Positions 29,505 to 39,402 of a stretch of DNA of 64,000 nt are shown piece by piece. Made by a program: the position numbers and the translations under genes. The notes beneath the pieces were generated by a model. That model was not told the origin of the DNA and made no database searches. It saw nothing but the letters and a program-made list of their open reading frames with translations. This DNA is from Pseudobdellovibrionaceae bacterium (GTDB lineage: Bacteria > Bdellovibrionota > Bdellovibrionia > Bdellovibrionales > Bdellovibrionaceae): positions 1 to 64,000 of the forward strand of contig JBIKLL010000002.1 in NCBI GenBank assembly GCA_044359815.1, read 5' to 3'. The first letter of the stretch is position 1, and every line of letters starts with the position of its first letter.

Positions 29505-30017
29505 ATGGAATTTCGAATCGCTCAACTAACAGACTGTAAATTGCTTTCTGATTTTGTTAATCGCGCCTATCGCGGCGATGAAGCCAAATCAGGATGGACA
29601 ACTGAAGCTGATATTTTGGATGGTATCCGAACAAACACTCAAGAATTGTCAGAACTGGTTGCCCAACCAAACAATATAATTTTAATGGCGTATTTGGATC
29701 AAAAGCTGGTGGGTTCTGTGCATTTAGCTAAAAATGGCGCACGGTGCTATTTAGGGATGCTTACCGTTGATCCCCATCAACAGAACAAGGGCATCGGCAA
29801 ACAGCTTTTGGCCCGCGCAAAATCTGAAGCGCTGAACTGGGGTTGCCAATTGATTGAAATCACCGTGATCACTCTGCGGACTGAATTGATCAATTTTTAT
29901 TTAAGACATGGCTTTCAGGCCACGGAAAAATTTATAGATTTTCCGTCTGATCCAAAATTTGGGGTTCCAAAGGTTGCTGATCTGCAGATGCAGTATTTTG
30001 AACTGCCGCTAAGATAA
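29505..30017 (+). CDS. GNAT family N-acetyltransferase
   Basis: VDPHQQNKGIGKQLL acetyl-CoA motif, AYRG...GWTTEA, FYLRHGF. Confidence 0.9.
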   Translation: MEFRIAQLTDCKLLSDFVNRAYRGDEAKSGWTTEADILDGIRTNTQELSELVAQPNNIILMAYLDQKLVGSVHLAKNGARCYLGMLTVDPHQQNKGIGKQLLARAKSEALNWGCQLIEITVITLRTELINFYLRHGFQATEKFIDFPSDPKFGVPKVADLQMQYFELPLR

Positions 30018-31041
30018 ACTGCGCTTGTAACAAAGTTCCCAATAAACCCGGTTGTTCATTGGCAATGCCTGAACCAATCCAAAAATTATTAAAATCCTGC
30101 AAGGTCCCGTTGCCGTTTAGATTCCAAGATGAGCTTTTAAAAAGCGCTGGAGTTAAAATCAATTTTTCATGTTCAGCTGATTCAAACAATCCAGGGATGT
30201 GCTTTTTTAAGAGTTTCCTGAAATTCTGAACTGATTTTCCCAGCTGCTCAGTGTCCTCAGAAAACTGATCATCAACCAACGTGAACCACTGAGATTTAAT
30301 CGTATCATTTGATTTATAAAAAAGCCCCATCGCAGACACAGCTTCATTCTTATTGCTGGAATTTAAAACAAACAAAGTTTCAAGGGGTAAATTATTGGGA
30401 ATCTGTTTGTGAACCAGATCCACACTAATCTGAGTCCAAAAGGGCCCTTTCAGAAATTTAACGACATTTTTATGAGCCAGTTTGGTCTGAGGGACTATCA
30501 ATTTAAATTCAGAGGGATCAGCACAATAAAAATAACGATTGCCTCGGATTATTTTTTTACTGGACAGTTCTAAAAAATCCACATGGCCAGCAAGTTCAGC
30601 GGCCTTGATTACACGCGAATTAAAAAGCGTTTTTTCAGATAATTCCTGTGAAATTTGTCTGACCCAGTTTTCAAATCCCAAGACGTCTTTTGCATAACCC
30701 TTGGTAAAGGGAAACAGATTTTCATAATATTCTGGAGCGAATTCACCAAAACCAACAAAAGGTAAAATTTCTTTGTTTTCAAAAGTCACGACATCCGAAT
30801 TGATTTCAGCACTATAGTTCTGGCCAGAAATTTGATTAAAAAACCGCACTGCCATGGGTGTCAGCTCGGAAACAGGCAATAGCCTCAGACCACCGGTAAA
30901 AAAACTGCCACCCAATCTGTCGCTGGCTTCAAGAATCAAAAAATCCTGACCCGCATCCTTCAAGCCCTTTGCGATCAAAAGCCCACTGAGTCCACCACCG
31001 ATAATAATATTTTCTGCATTTATTTTTTGTTCAGCTGTCAT
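29932..31041 (-). CDS. FAD/NAD(P)-binding protein
   Basis: N-terminal IIGGGLSG...LEASDRLGG Rossmann motif; start set at ATG 31041. Confidence 0.75.
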   Translation of the reverse strand: MTAEQKINAENIIIGGGLSGLLIAKGLKDAGQDFLILEASDRLGGSFFTGGLRLLPVSELTPMAVRFFNQISGQNYSAEINSDVVTFENKEILPFVGFGEFAPEYYENLFPFTKGYAKDVLGFENWVRQISQELSEKTLFNSRVIKAAELAGHVDFLELSSKKIIRGNRYFYCADPSEFKLIVPQTKLAHKNVVKFLKGPFWTQISVDLVHKQIPNNLPLETLFVLNSSNKNEAVSAMGLFYKSNDTIKSQWFTLVDDQFSEDTEQLGKSVQNFRKLLKKHIPGLFESAEHEKLILTPALFKSSSWNLNGNGTLQDFNNFWIGSGIANEQPGLLGTLLQAQFILAAVQNTASADQQPLEPQILDQTENL

Positions 31042-31075
31042 ATTTTTACAGTGTCCACAAACAGACCGAGTCAAA

Positions 31076-31924
31076 TCAAGATTTATTTTTATGTAACCAA
31101 TTTGTTGCTAAAAAAAGCATCCATCGTACAGGTGGTTTCACAATGGGAATCAAATCCATAAATTGAGCAATCTTGGGTGAAATGCGATAGTACGCAGTCA
31201 CAAACAATCTGCCTAGAGTTTGATTTTCTAGGGATTCGTCCCGGAAAGTCGAAAGCGCCAACACAATTGGGTGATGAGGGCTGTTGTAGGCAGAGGTCGC
31301 AATAAAACACCTACCCTTTGACTGATTAGCATTTTTCAGAAAATTCTTAATCACATTCTGATTGCGCGCAGTTTTGGCAAATATCTCGGCCTTTTTAATA
31401 ATATCAGGATATATGGGTGTGAATTTCAAAAAAGCCGCCAGCTTGTCACAGGCTTTGTTCATGCGTTCCAGATATTTATCGCTGGTATCATAGATTCGAA
31501 CCAAATCCCAAAACACAGAAACCACAACTGTCAGTTCTTGAGTTCGGGCAGAGTCTTTGAACATTTCGGGTGTCAGTTCACCAGGTTTACAATCATAAAC
31601 TGTTTCCATGACCTTGATGTATTTTTCATAGGTCAAAGCCGCATCAGAAAACATTTTTTCGTTCATGTATTGTCTGGCTTTTTTAATTAAATTCACTCGT
31701 GATTTCCAAAGCATCAGTTTTTTTTGTTCTTTGGATTTTTCGCGCATCAAAAGCACAGATCCCCTGGCCACGCCACCAGCAACCTGCGTGTAACAAGCAT
31801 TGCATACTTGTGGTGGAAGGTTTTCGGTATTTCCACCTTCTTTGATTTTTGCTAAAATTGCAGGCTCAATAGGAACCAAGCCAGCAGTTTTTGCTCCGCA
31901 CCTGGGACAAACTACTTCAGACAT
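31076..31924 (-). CDS. CFI-box-CTERM domain protein with N-terminal zinc ribbon
   Basis: CPRC...CNAC at the N-terminus; GRCFIATSAY...FRD...GRLFV..YYRISP at the C-terminus. Confidence 0.85.
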   Translation of the reverse strand: MSEVVCPRCGAKTAGLVPIEPAILAKIKEGGNTENLPPQVCNACYTQVAGGVARGSVLLMREKSKEQKKLMLWKSRVNLIKKARQYMNEKMFSDAALTYEKYIKVMETVYDCKPGELTPEMFKDSARTQELTVVVSVFWDLVRIYDTSDKYLERMNKACDKLAAFLKFTPIYPDIIKKAEIFAKTARNQNVIKNFLKNANQSKGRCFIATSAYNSPHHPIVLALSTFRDESLENQTLGRLFVTAYYRISPKIAQFMDLIPIVKPPVRWMLFLATNWLHKNKS

Positions 31925-31938
31925 ATCTATTGATTTTG

Positions 31939-33960
31939 TTAAAGAAGATAAATGGGGTCAACATCAACCACTATGCGCACTCCGGCCAATACCCATTCTT
32001 CATCAGAAATAAGCATTTTCAGGACTTGGTGAATTTTGGATGAAGAATTTGTCTTTACCAAAGCCTGGTATCTGAACATTCCCCGCAGTTTTGAAATCGG
32101 TGCTTCAACAGGTCCCAGAAATTCAACATCACCAAATTGCTGAATGTATTTTGCCTGCAGATTTTTAAACCTTACAGACATAAGTCTGGAAGTTTCAATC
32201 ACCTTATTCAATTGAGTGCTCTGAATCCTGATGCCGACCAATTTACCCAGCGGCGGGTAGCTTAGCATCGCGCGATTTTCAATTTCCTCGGCGGCGAAAC
32301 CTTTAAAATCATTCGCAAGAGCATACTTCAACGCCGGATGATCAGGATTATAAGTTTGAATAATAACTTTACCACTGGATCCTTGTGACAAATCCCGGCC
32401 GGCTCTGCCTGCCATTTGTTGCATCAACTGAAAACTTCTTTCGGTGGCTCTGAAATCTGGCAGATGGAAACCAACGTCAGCCAAAATAATTCCAACCAAA
32501 TTAAGTTTTGGGAAATCCAAACCCTTGGCAATCATTTGAGTGCCAACTAAAATTTGTGTTTGGCCTGATTCCATTTCTGAAATCAATTGCTCCAAGTCTT
32601 TGCGGTTTTGAATTTCATCGCGGTCAGCACGGGCGACTTTGATATCGGGAAACAAAGATTTTAAATCGGTTTCTACCAGCTCGGTACCAGCGCCAATGGG
32701 GCTGAGTTCACCATCACGGCAAGATCCGCATTCCAATTTATAGCGTTTTGAAAATCCACAATAATGGCACAACAATTCTGTACGGTGATGCAGGCTCAAC
32801 GAAATATCACAATTGGGACATTCCTCGATATAACCGCAACCTTGGCACAATACAAACTGGGCACTGCCCCTGCGATTTAAAAACAAGGCTACCTGCAAAT
32901 TATTTTCCAAAGTATTTTTAATCGCATCATACATAGGAATGCTTAGCCATTTTGGCAGATTTGGGTCCACATGAGCCTTGTTTTTAAAATCAACGATCGA
33001 CACTTCGGGCGCTGGAATTTGATTTACCCTTGATGGCATTTCAGACAACAAATATTTTTTAGTAATTACATTGTTCCAAGATTCAAGGCTGGGAGTGGCT
33101 GAACCCAATACAATTGGAATATTAAAATTTCTGGCCAACATAACTGCGCAATCTCTGGCGTTGTATTTTAATTTTTCATCCTGCTTATAGGATTGCTCGT
33201 GCTCTTCGTCGACGATAATCAATCCCAAATCATTCATCGGACAAAATAATGCCGACCTGGCGCCGATTAAAATCTTTTTGTTGCCCTCGGTGACTTCCCA
33301 CCAAAAATCTGTTTTTTCACGGGGAGTCAGCTGCGAATGTATCACTGCAATTTGATCACCGAATCGCGAATAAAACCTTTGCACCAGTTGTGGGGTCAAT
33401 GAAATCTCTGGCACCAATACCAAGGCTTGTTTACCCCTGGCTAAGGTCTTTTCGATCATTCGCAAATAAACTTCGGTTTTGCCAGAACCAGTCACGCCAA
33501 ACAGCATCTGCACAGCAAATTGTTCCAGTTTATCAAAATCTCTTAAGACGTTCTGTTGTTCGGAGGTCAATTCGGGTTTGGCTTTTACGGATTTATCAAT
33601 TTCGGCTAAAACTTTTTCTGATGATTTAATTTTTTTAGTGCTTTTTTTGGCCGGAGGAAAAAATCCACTAACAACCATACCCACCGGATAAAAATAATAA
33701 TCAGCAATCCATTTTGCCCAGCTTAAATATTTTTCAGACAGTAAAATTCCATCCTGAAATGGTTCTTTGATTGATTTAATTTTTTCTTTGACCAGATCAC
33801 TGGGGTTTGGTTCTTCCTCGATCAAAATTCCTGTGGCAGATCGTTTTCCCAATGGGACAACAACCCTTTGGCCTTTGACCAAAGGTTCGCTCAATAAAGA
33901 TTCTTGGTAAGTTAATAACTCACCGATAGGTGCGTCGACCGCGACTTTCCAATATTTCAT
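31939..33960 (-). CDS. priA: primosomal protein N'
   Basis: GVTGSGKTEVY, DEEH, four CxxC, GTQMIAKGLDF. Confidence 0.95.
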   Translation of the reverse strand: MKYWKVAVDAPIGELLTYQESLLSEPLVKGQRVVVPLGKRSATGILIEEEPNPSDLVKEKIKSIKEPFQDGILLSEKYLSWAKWIADYYFYPVGMVVSGFFPPAKKSTKKIKSSEKVLAEIDKSVKAKPELTSEQQNVLRDFDKLEQFAVQMLFGVTGSGKTEVYLRMIEKTLARGKQALVLVPEISLTPQLVQRFYSRFGDQIAVIHSQLTPREKTDFWWEVTEGNKKILIGARSALFCPMNDLGLIIVDEEHEQSYKQDEKLKYNARDCAVMLARNFNIPIVLGSATPSLESWNNVITKKYLLSEMPSRVNQIPAPEVSIVDFKNKAHVDPNLPKWLSIPMYDAIKNTLENNLQVALFLNRRGSAQFVLCQGCGYIEECPNCDISLSLHHRTELLCHYCGFSKRYKLECGSCRDGELSPIGAGTELVETDLKSLFPDIKVARADRDEIQNRKDLEQLISEMESGQTQILVGTQMIAKGLDFPKLNLVGIILADVGFHLPDFRATERSFQLMQQMAGRAGRDLSQGSSGKVIIQTYNPDHPALKYALANDFKGFAAEEIENRAMLSYPPLGKLVGIRIQSTQLNKVIETSRLMSVRFKNLQAKYIQQFGDVEFLGPVEAPISKLRGMFRYQALVKTNSSSKIHQVLKMLISDEEWVLAGVRIVVDVDPIYLL

Positions 33961-34760
33961 CTAAACTTTGAATAAAATTCTTCGATTTTTTTTCTTTGCT
34001 CGGATGCAACCAAAGGATCAATTTTGAAAGTCCCTTGTTTGATCAATCCAGCTATGTCTTTACCTTTGCCAAGCACATTCAGTGTTCTGATTCTGGTTGT
34101 ATTGCTTTCCCATTTAATGACTCTTTCAGATGGGTAACTCATCCCTCTGGCAAATTGCGAATATTTACTGACGTTCAGCTCCAGACCATCACGGATTTTA
34201 ATTTTGCGAACAAAATATGAATCTTGTTCAACCCACAGTCCACTGATGCCCGGGCTTTGACTGGGATCAAAATACAAAAACTGAGGCAACCCTGAAAGCT
34301 TTGAGTATCTAACAAAAGGTTCAAAATTTATTTCACCGGTTTTATTGTTTTTATAGGGACGCTTTTGCAGAACATTTTTGGGTAGCAGTCTAAAATCCTG
34401 ACCCAATTTAACAAATTCCTCGGGACTTTTTGCATGAAAAAAGGGTTCAAAAAACACAGACTCAGAATCTTTTTTAAGTTCAGAATATCTAACGCCATTT
34501 CTGTAGATAAAATTAGCGTCGACTAAACCCTTAAGGTTTTTAGTTCCGGAAACATGCACAGACATGTTGTTGTTATCAATGATGTACCAAGTTTCCTTTA
34601 ACGACACGGTTTCTGTTTCGGTTATTATTTCCACATCCAGATTGATTTCATAGGGTGGTTTTCCCGATTGTTCGGCAACCCTGCCTATTACGTAGCTGGC
34701 TCTGGGAATAAATGCTTGTGCAGAATTGATAATTACAAAAAATAGTCCAATAAAATTCAT
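33957..34760 (-). CDS. secreted hypothetical protein (possibly LolA-like fold)
   Basis: signal peptide ending AQA-F, beta-rich body; operonic between galU and priA. Confidence 0.75.
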   Translation of the reverse strand: MNFIGLFFVIINSAQAFIPRASYVIGRVAEQSGKPPYEINLDVEIITETETVSLKETWYIIDNNNMSVHVSGTKNLKGLVDANFIYRNGVRYSELKKDSESVFFEPFFHAKSPEEFVKLGQDFRLLPKNVLQKRPYKNNKTGEINFEPFVRYSKLSGLPQFLYFDPSQSPGISGLWVEQDSYFVRKIKIRDGLELNVSKYSQFARGMSYPSERVIKWESNTTRIRTLNVLGKGKDIAGLIKQGTFKIDPLVASEQRKKIEEFYSKFR

Positions 34761-34762
34761 AC

Positions 34763-35644
34763 CTAAATCCTTTTCAATAATTTCTTAATGTAATCCTCAA
34801 GAGGCTTTTTTAAATCGGGTCTCTTAAGTGCAATCTCGATATTGGCAATTAAATATCCTAGCTTATCACCAGCATCAAATCTGTTGGACTGCAATTGGGT
34901 GGCTATGACTGTGCCTTTATGTGCTTGTTGGTTAATGGCATCTGTCAGCTGAATTTCTTGATTTTTGCCTGGCTTAGTTTCCTTCAAGAGATTAAAAATC
35001 TGCGGGTTTAATACATAGCGCCCCGGCAATGCCCAACGGCTTTTTGTTTCATTGGCAGCAGGCTTTTCAATCAAATTTGTGACTTTAAAAAGCGAATCTT
35101 TCCATTCGGTAACCTCGGCAATACCGTATTTGCTCACGCTATCATCGTCTACGGTCATTAATGGGATGGTGGATTCTTGGTATTTATTAAATACTGAAAT
35201 CAACTGAGCTGTCGCATTGGCCGATTGCCCATCGTTTTGAAAAATCTCATCCCCCAACAGCACCGCAAAAGGTTCCGAACCAATAATTTTTTCTGCGCAC
35301 AAAACGGCATGACCTAATCCCAAAGGATTTTTTTGTCTGACACTTATGATGTTGACGTTATCCCTGATTTTTTTGAGCAAATTCAAAAGCTCTAGGCGGT
35401 TTTCAGATTCCAGCTTGCTTTCCAACTCAAATGAAACATCAAAAAAATCTTCGATGGCTGTTTTGCCGCGTCCTTGAATTAAAACAATGTCTTCAATCCC
35501 GGCTTTCAGGGCTTCTTCGACTACATAAAATATAATCGGGGCATCTACGATTGTGAGCATTTCTTTGGGAATGGTTTTAGTAGCTGGCAGAAACCTGGTT
35601 CCAAGTCCTGCTGCTGGGATGATTGCCTTACGAATTTTACTCAT
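34763..35644 (-). CDS. galU: UTP-glucose-1-phosphate uridylyltransferase
   Basis: KAIIPAAGLGTRFLPATK..PKEML, GLGHAV, EIQLTDA. Confidence 0.95.
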   Translation of the reverse strand: MSKIRKAIIPAAGLGTRFLPATKTIPKEMLTIVDAPIIFYVVEEALKAGIEDIVLIQGRGKTAIEDFFDVSFELESKLESENRLELLNLLKKIRDNVNIISVRQKNPLGLGHAVLCAEKIIGSEPFAVLLGDEIFQNDGQSANATAQLISVFNKYQESTIPLMTVDDDSVSKYGIAEVTEWKDSLFKVTNLIEKPAANETKSRWALPGRYVLNPQIFNLLKETKPGKNQEIQLTDAINQQAHKGTVIATQLQSNRFDAGDKLGYLIANIEIALKRPDLKKPLEDYIKKLLKRI

Positions 35645-35767
35645 AGATTGGTTTTCCCAAAACCTAAGTCATGTGACAACCCTAAAACTGTCTCAAAATG
35701 AGATTTTTGGCCGCATTCAACAGTTCTTGTTTTGGTGTCGCAGATTGTTACGTGTTACACTCTAAGG

Positions 35768-37090
35768 ATGGGGAAATTCAAAGTTTATTCGACCAGAGTT
35801 TTGTTACTTTTGATTTGCATTGTGTTGATTGTTCCTGTTTTTCAAAACTGCGGAAATCCTACTCTGGATGAAGAAGCCTCATTGGAAGTTGGAACAACCA
35901 GTGACCCCAAAATATTATCGACCGAAGCTAAACATTTTCCCTATGAATTGTCGATCAATCAAGTAGCCTATATGTCTTGCCCAAATACAGCAGGTTCCAG
36001 CGGAGTTCATTCTTCTACTTTTACCTTCAAGATTGGCGGCTATGATGTGACTGGCACCCCGACAACCGCGCTGGGGATGAAAGAAGGCGGATTGCGTATC
36101 AATCCCAGTTATTTCAGTGAACTCAATGCTCAGTTTGCAAATCTGCCTCAAAGCTCAAAGGATGGTAAATTTCTGGAAGCCCTGTCTTCTGGTGTTTACA
36201 CTAAAACCACAGGACTAGAGGTCGCTCTCAGAAGCACTCAGTTGGGTTTGCGAACCATGGTTTATGCCAGAGGCAGCTCCCCTGAAGATCAAATTGGCAA
36301 GTTTTTACCCATACTCAGTGATTCGGGAGTAGCCAGCGCACTGATCGAAAAAGCAAAAACTAATTCAACAGGTTACACGAACTATTTTCCCAATGTTTCA
36401 GAGCAGATTCTAAAACATTTTGAAAGCGGGATTTCCATACCCGTTGGTGAAGGCTCTGATGAAAGTGTTTTCAGAAGCGAGCTTTCAAACACAATGTTAG
36501 TGACTGGATTTGCAGACACAGCTGTGGCCTCGGCAACCAGTTATGGTAACGAGCCTTTCACAAAAGACAAAACATCCAAAGATTCAATGCTTGGAACTGG
36601 ATTTGGGTTTACGTTTTCAAGACCTGGCGGAGTGAATTTTTCTAATTATCCAGCCAGGACAATTTCAAATATTCAGGAATTCGATCTGTCACCTGCCAGA
36701 CCCCAAGCTGTTGCTGCAAATTGGAATTGTTCATTGAAACTCAAAATTGTGCGCGAAACAGATCGGTTGATGCCAGTCTATGTTACCAGCTCTACCAAAA
36801 AAGAAGCTTGTCCCTTTGAACCAGTGGCAGCTCAAGCATCTTCTACTGCAAAAGCACAAATGCAAGTCCTAAGAAGATTTTTACCAGCTGAATACTGGGA
36901 CATTAATTTGACTGACAAATGCGTGGTCCCCAGAAACGGAACCAATCTGTGTTACGCTGGAAATGTTGATCCCATTGTCTATGACAGTTATTTTTTCCCA
37001 ACCGCGGTTCAAGCGGGGCAATACACTGGTTGCAGCGTCAGTGGCCAATATGAATGCGCGCATTATGTGACCGTCTGTTACAAGAACTAG
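35768..37090 (+). CDS. Cys-containing lipoprotein, hypothetical
   Basis: hydrophobic signal followed by FQNCG; start set at ATG 35768. Confidence 0.8.
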   Translation: MGKFKVYSTRVLLLLICIVLIVPVFQNCGNPTLDEEASLEVGTTSDPKILSTEAKHFPYELSINQVAYMSCPNTAGSSGVHSSTFTFKIGGYDVTGTPTTALGMKEGGLRINPSYFSELNAQFANLPQSSKDGKFLEALSSGVYTKTTGLEVALRSTQLGLRTMVYARGSSPEDQIGKFLPILSDSGVASALIEKAKTNSTGYTNYFPNVSEQILKHFESGISIPVGEGSDESVFRSELSNTMLVTGFADTAVASATSYGNEPFTKDKTSKDSMLGTGFGFTFSRPGGVNFSNYPARTISNIQEFDLSPARPQAVAANWNCSLKLKIVRETDRLMPVYVTSSTKKEACPFEPVAAQASSTAKAQMQVLRRFLPAEYWDINLTDKCVVPRNGTNLCYAGNVDPIVYDSYFFPTAVQAGQYTGCSVSGQYECAHYVTVCYKN

Positions 37091-37126
37091 TTGTCAATAT
37101 CTGGAAATTTAGATTCAATTTATCTT

Positions 37127-37978
37127 ATGAAATTTGCTGTCATCATTGGAATTTTTTTGTCGCAATCATTATCGGCTTATGAAGGCGCTGTCAGCCGAGC
37201 CAATGGCGGAGTCGGTGCCGCCGTGGTCGAGGCCGGGGAAACTCCATTTCAAAATCCTGCTGGAATTGCCCATTTAAGAGGTTACCGCTTTACCAGTGGG
37301 TATTCGGTTTTTAATGAATCAGAAGCAATCAAAAATTCGTCATGGGCGTTTTCTCTGACTGAAAACACGAAGGACACCGTAGTGCCCACATCGCTTTCGT
37401 ATTACCAAACCAAACATGAGGAAATTGATCAGCTCCAAAACGAATACTTGATCCGCGAAATCCGATTAGGGTTTGCAAATTTTTTCAAAAGAAAATGGTC
37501 TTTTGGATTAGGGGTTAATTTTAACGAAAATCGATACCGTGAAAAGTCATGGACACAAACTAATTTGGTTGCAGGAATGCTGTTTGCCCCTTCACCAAAA
37601 ATTGGATTTGGAATGTTTATTAACAATCTGGTTCCGCCAAAATCCGAGGTTCCAGAGGTTGTCAGACAGAAACAGATTTCAAGCTTTGGGACTACGGTGA
37701 ATTATTTGAAATACATCCGCATAAAAGCCGATATCCGTTCTGCCGAAAACCTGAATTTTGGCAAGCCCACTATTGGGGGCGGAATTGAGACCTATATGAA
37801 TGATTGGGTGATTTTTCGAATCGGAGCTCAAAAAAACTATCAGCTTAATCAGGAGTTTTATTCTACAGGTCTCAGTTTTGATGGCCCAAGGTTTGGACTT
37901 CATTATGGGTTTTTGATGTCACCCGAAGACACCAGGCTCACCAGCCATGCCATTGACTTAAGCTTGCCGCTTTGGTAG
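37127..37978 (+). CDS. putative outer-membrane beta-barrel protein
   Basis: signal peptide, NPAG motif of FadL/PorV-like barrels, alternating beta strands, terminal W. Confidence 0.75.
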   Translation: MKFAVIIGIFLSQSLSAYEGAVSRANGGVGAAVVEAGETPFQNPAGIAHLRGYRFTSGYSVFNESEAIKNSSWAFSLTENTKDTVVPTSLSYYQTKHEEIDQLQNEYLIREIRLGFANFFKRKWSFGLGVNFNENRYREKSWTQTNLVAGMLFAPSPKIGFGMFINNLVPPKSEVPEVVRQKQISSFGTTVNYLKYIRIKADIRSAENLNFGKPTIGGGIETYMNDWVIFRIGAQKNYQLNQEFYSTGLSFDGPRFGLHYGFLMSPEDTRLTSHAIDLSLPLW

Positions 37979-38002
37979 ACCCTCTAAAAAACGGAGAGTG
38001 TC

Positions 38003-38131
38003 ATGGCTTCTAAAACTAAAGCAACTGAACATAAAAGACTGAGAAGAGATAAAAATATGGGTAAAAAGCGTAAAGCAAAAGCCCGTAACAATGGAAGCAC
38101 CAAAAGCGAAAAAGCTTTGTTTGGCGACTAG
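38003..38131 (+). CDS. 42-aa basic small protein (not in the ORF track)
   Basis: GGAGAG RBS at about 37993, ATG 38003 to TAG 38131: MASKTKATEHKRLRRDKNMGKKRKAKARNNGSTKSEKALFGD. Confidence 0.75.
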   Translation: MASKTKATEHKRLRRDKNMGKKRKAKARNNGSTKSEKALFGD

Positions 38132-39243
38132 TTAGCTCCTACTTTTCTTCTGAGGGTGGTTGGCTTTTCTTGAACGCCGCCCTTTAGATCCCATTTAAAT
38201 GGGATTTCAACCCAACCCTCTTGTCCTGGATAAAATCTCCATTCCTTTAATGCCGCTAACGTTTTGCTGTCCAATTCACGGTGACCAGTTGAATTCACTA
38301 ATTCAAATTTTGCGGGAACTCCTGATTTTGTAATGTACGCTAAAAGTGTGATATCGCCCTGACGTTTTCTGAGTCTGTCATCAACCCCATACATTGGTTT
38401 TTTGTTTCCAGGCATTTGCCTTAGGTCTTCCAGTGCTCTGACATTGGATTTACCCTCGTAAGCATTTAGGCCATTGCCGCCTTCGCCCTCGAACTTCTGC
38501 TTTTTGGCATTCTGAGCAGCCAAGGCAGTCGCCATCTCAGAGTCTCTTTTGGCTTTTAAGGACTTAGCTTTATTATCCAAATCTTGATCATCTTCAACCA
38601 CCAGCTGTTTCAAGGCATCAAATTCTTGATCAATATTTTTCATTTCTTTATCAGATTGTTCTGATAAATCCTGACTGGCCTTTAAGATTTTTGAATTTTC
38701 TTGGTGATCGACTTCATCAAAATCATTTTCGATTTCTTGAGCTTGCAGATTTTCAGGTACCAAGACCTTAGTTTCACCTAAATCATCATCTAACATGGGA
38801 ACTTCTGATTCTGAGTCCAGATCATAAGTTTCAACAGGTTTTGATTTATAGTTTTTGTCTTTGATCAATTTAACCGCAGGTTCTGTGATTAATTTCGGGC
38901 TACTTCTGTGAACTCTTGTTGGCTTATTTTGAGCAATATTTTTGGCTTTTTTAACAATGACTTCTGATCGGTCATTAAGCCGAGTATTATTAGCAACAGG
39001 AACATCAGCGGTCGAATTGTCCACGGCAGACGATTCTGCTTTTTCAATCGGCTTTTCGCCTGGTGCTGCAATGGGTGCTGCTGTTGCCAATTTAAATTCG
39101 ATTTCAATGATCTCTGGTTTTGGCTTTAGCAGAGTGTAGTAGGTCAGGCCAATTACAATTGCTACATGCAGAATTGCTGACAATCCTACGAATCCAATTG
39201 TACGTCCTTTGCCGGCACCTGCCGTGCGAGTCTGAATATGCAT
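38128..39243 (-). CDS. TonB family energy transducer
   Basis: N-terminal TM with SAILH, long charged linker, C-terminal STGHRELD..L.ALKEWRF.P. Confidence 0.85.
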   Translation of the reverse strand: MHIQTRTAGAGKGRTIGFVGLSAILHVAIVIGLTYYTLLKPKPEIIEIEFKLATAAPIAAPGEKPIEKAESSAVDNSTADVPVANNTRLNDRSEVIVKKAKNIAQNKPTRVHRSSPKLITEPAVKLIKDKNYKSKPVETYDLDSESEVPMLDDDLGETKVLVPENLQAQEIENDFDEVDHQENSKILKASQDLSEQSDKEMKNIDQEFDALKQLVVEDDQDLDNKAKSLKAKRDSEMATALAAQNAKKQKFEGEGGNGLNAYEGKSNVRALEDLRQMPGNKKPMYGVDDRLRKRQGDITLLAYITKSGVPAKFELVNSTGHRELDSKTLAALKEWRFYPGQEGWVEIPFKWDLKGGVQEKPTTLRRKVGAN

Positions 39244-39402
39244 CTGTTACCTCGCATAAATGCATAACAAGAATTGGGCCTAAGTAAGCTGCGTCCCTTT
39301 AGCTTATTGACAGTCCAAGACTGTAGAATCTTCATTGGTGTAAGGATTGTGGTCACGTCAGTTGTTAAAAAGCGACGATTTTTGCTGTATAGACAGAACC
39401 AA

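Noticed and set aside
39266..39281. Sigma54-like AGGCCCAATTCTTGTT upstream of the TonB gene
   Set aside because: It has GT instead of GC at -12, too weak to call.
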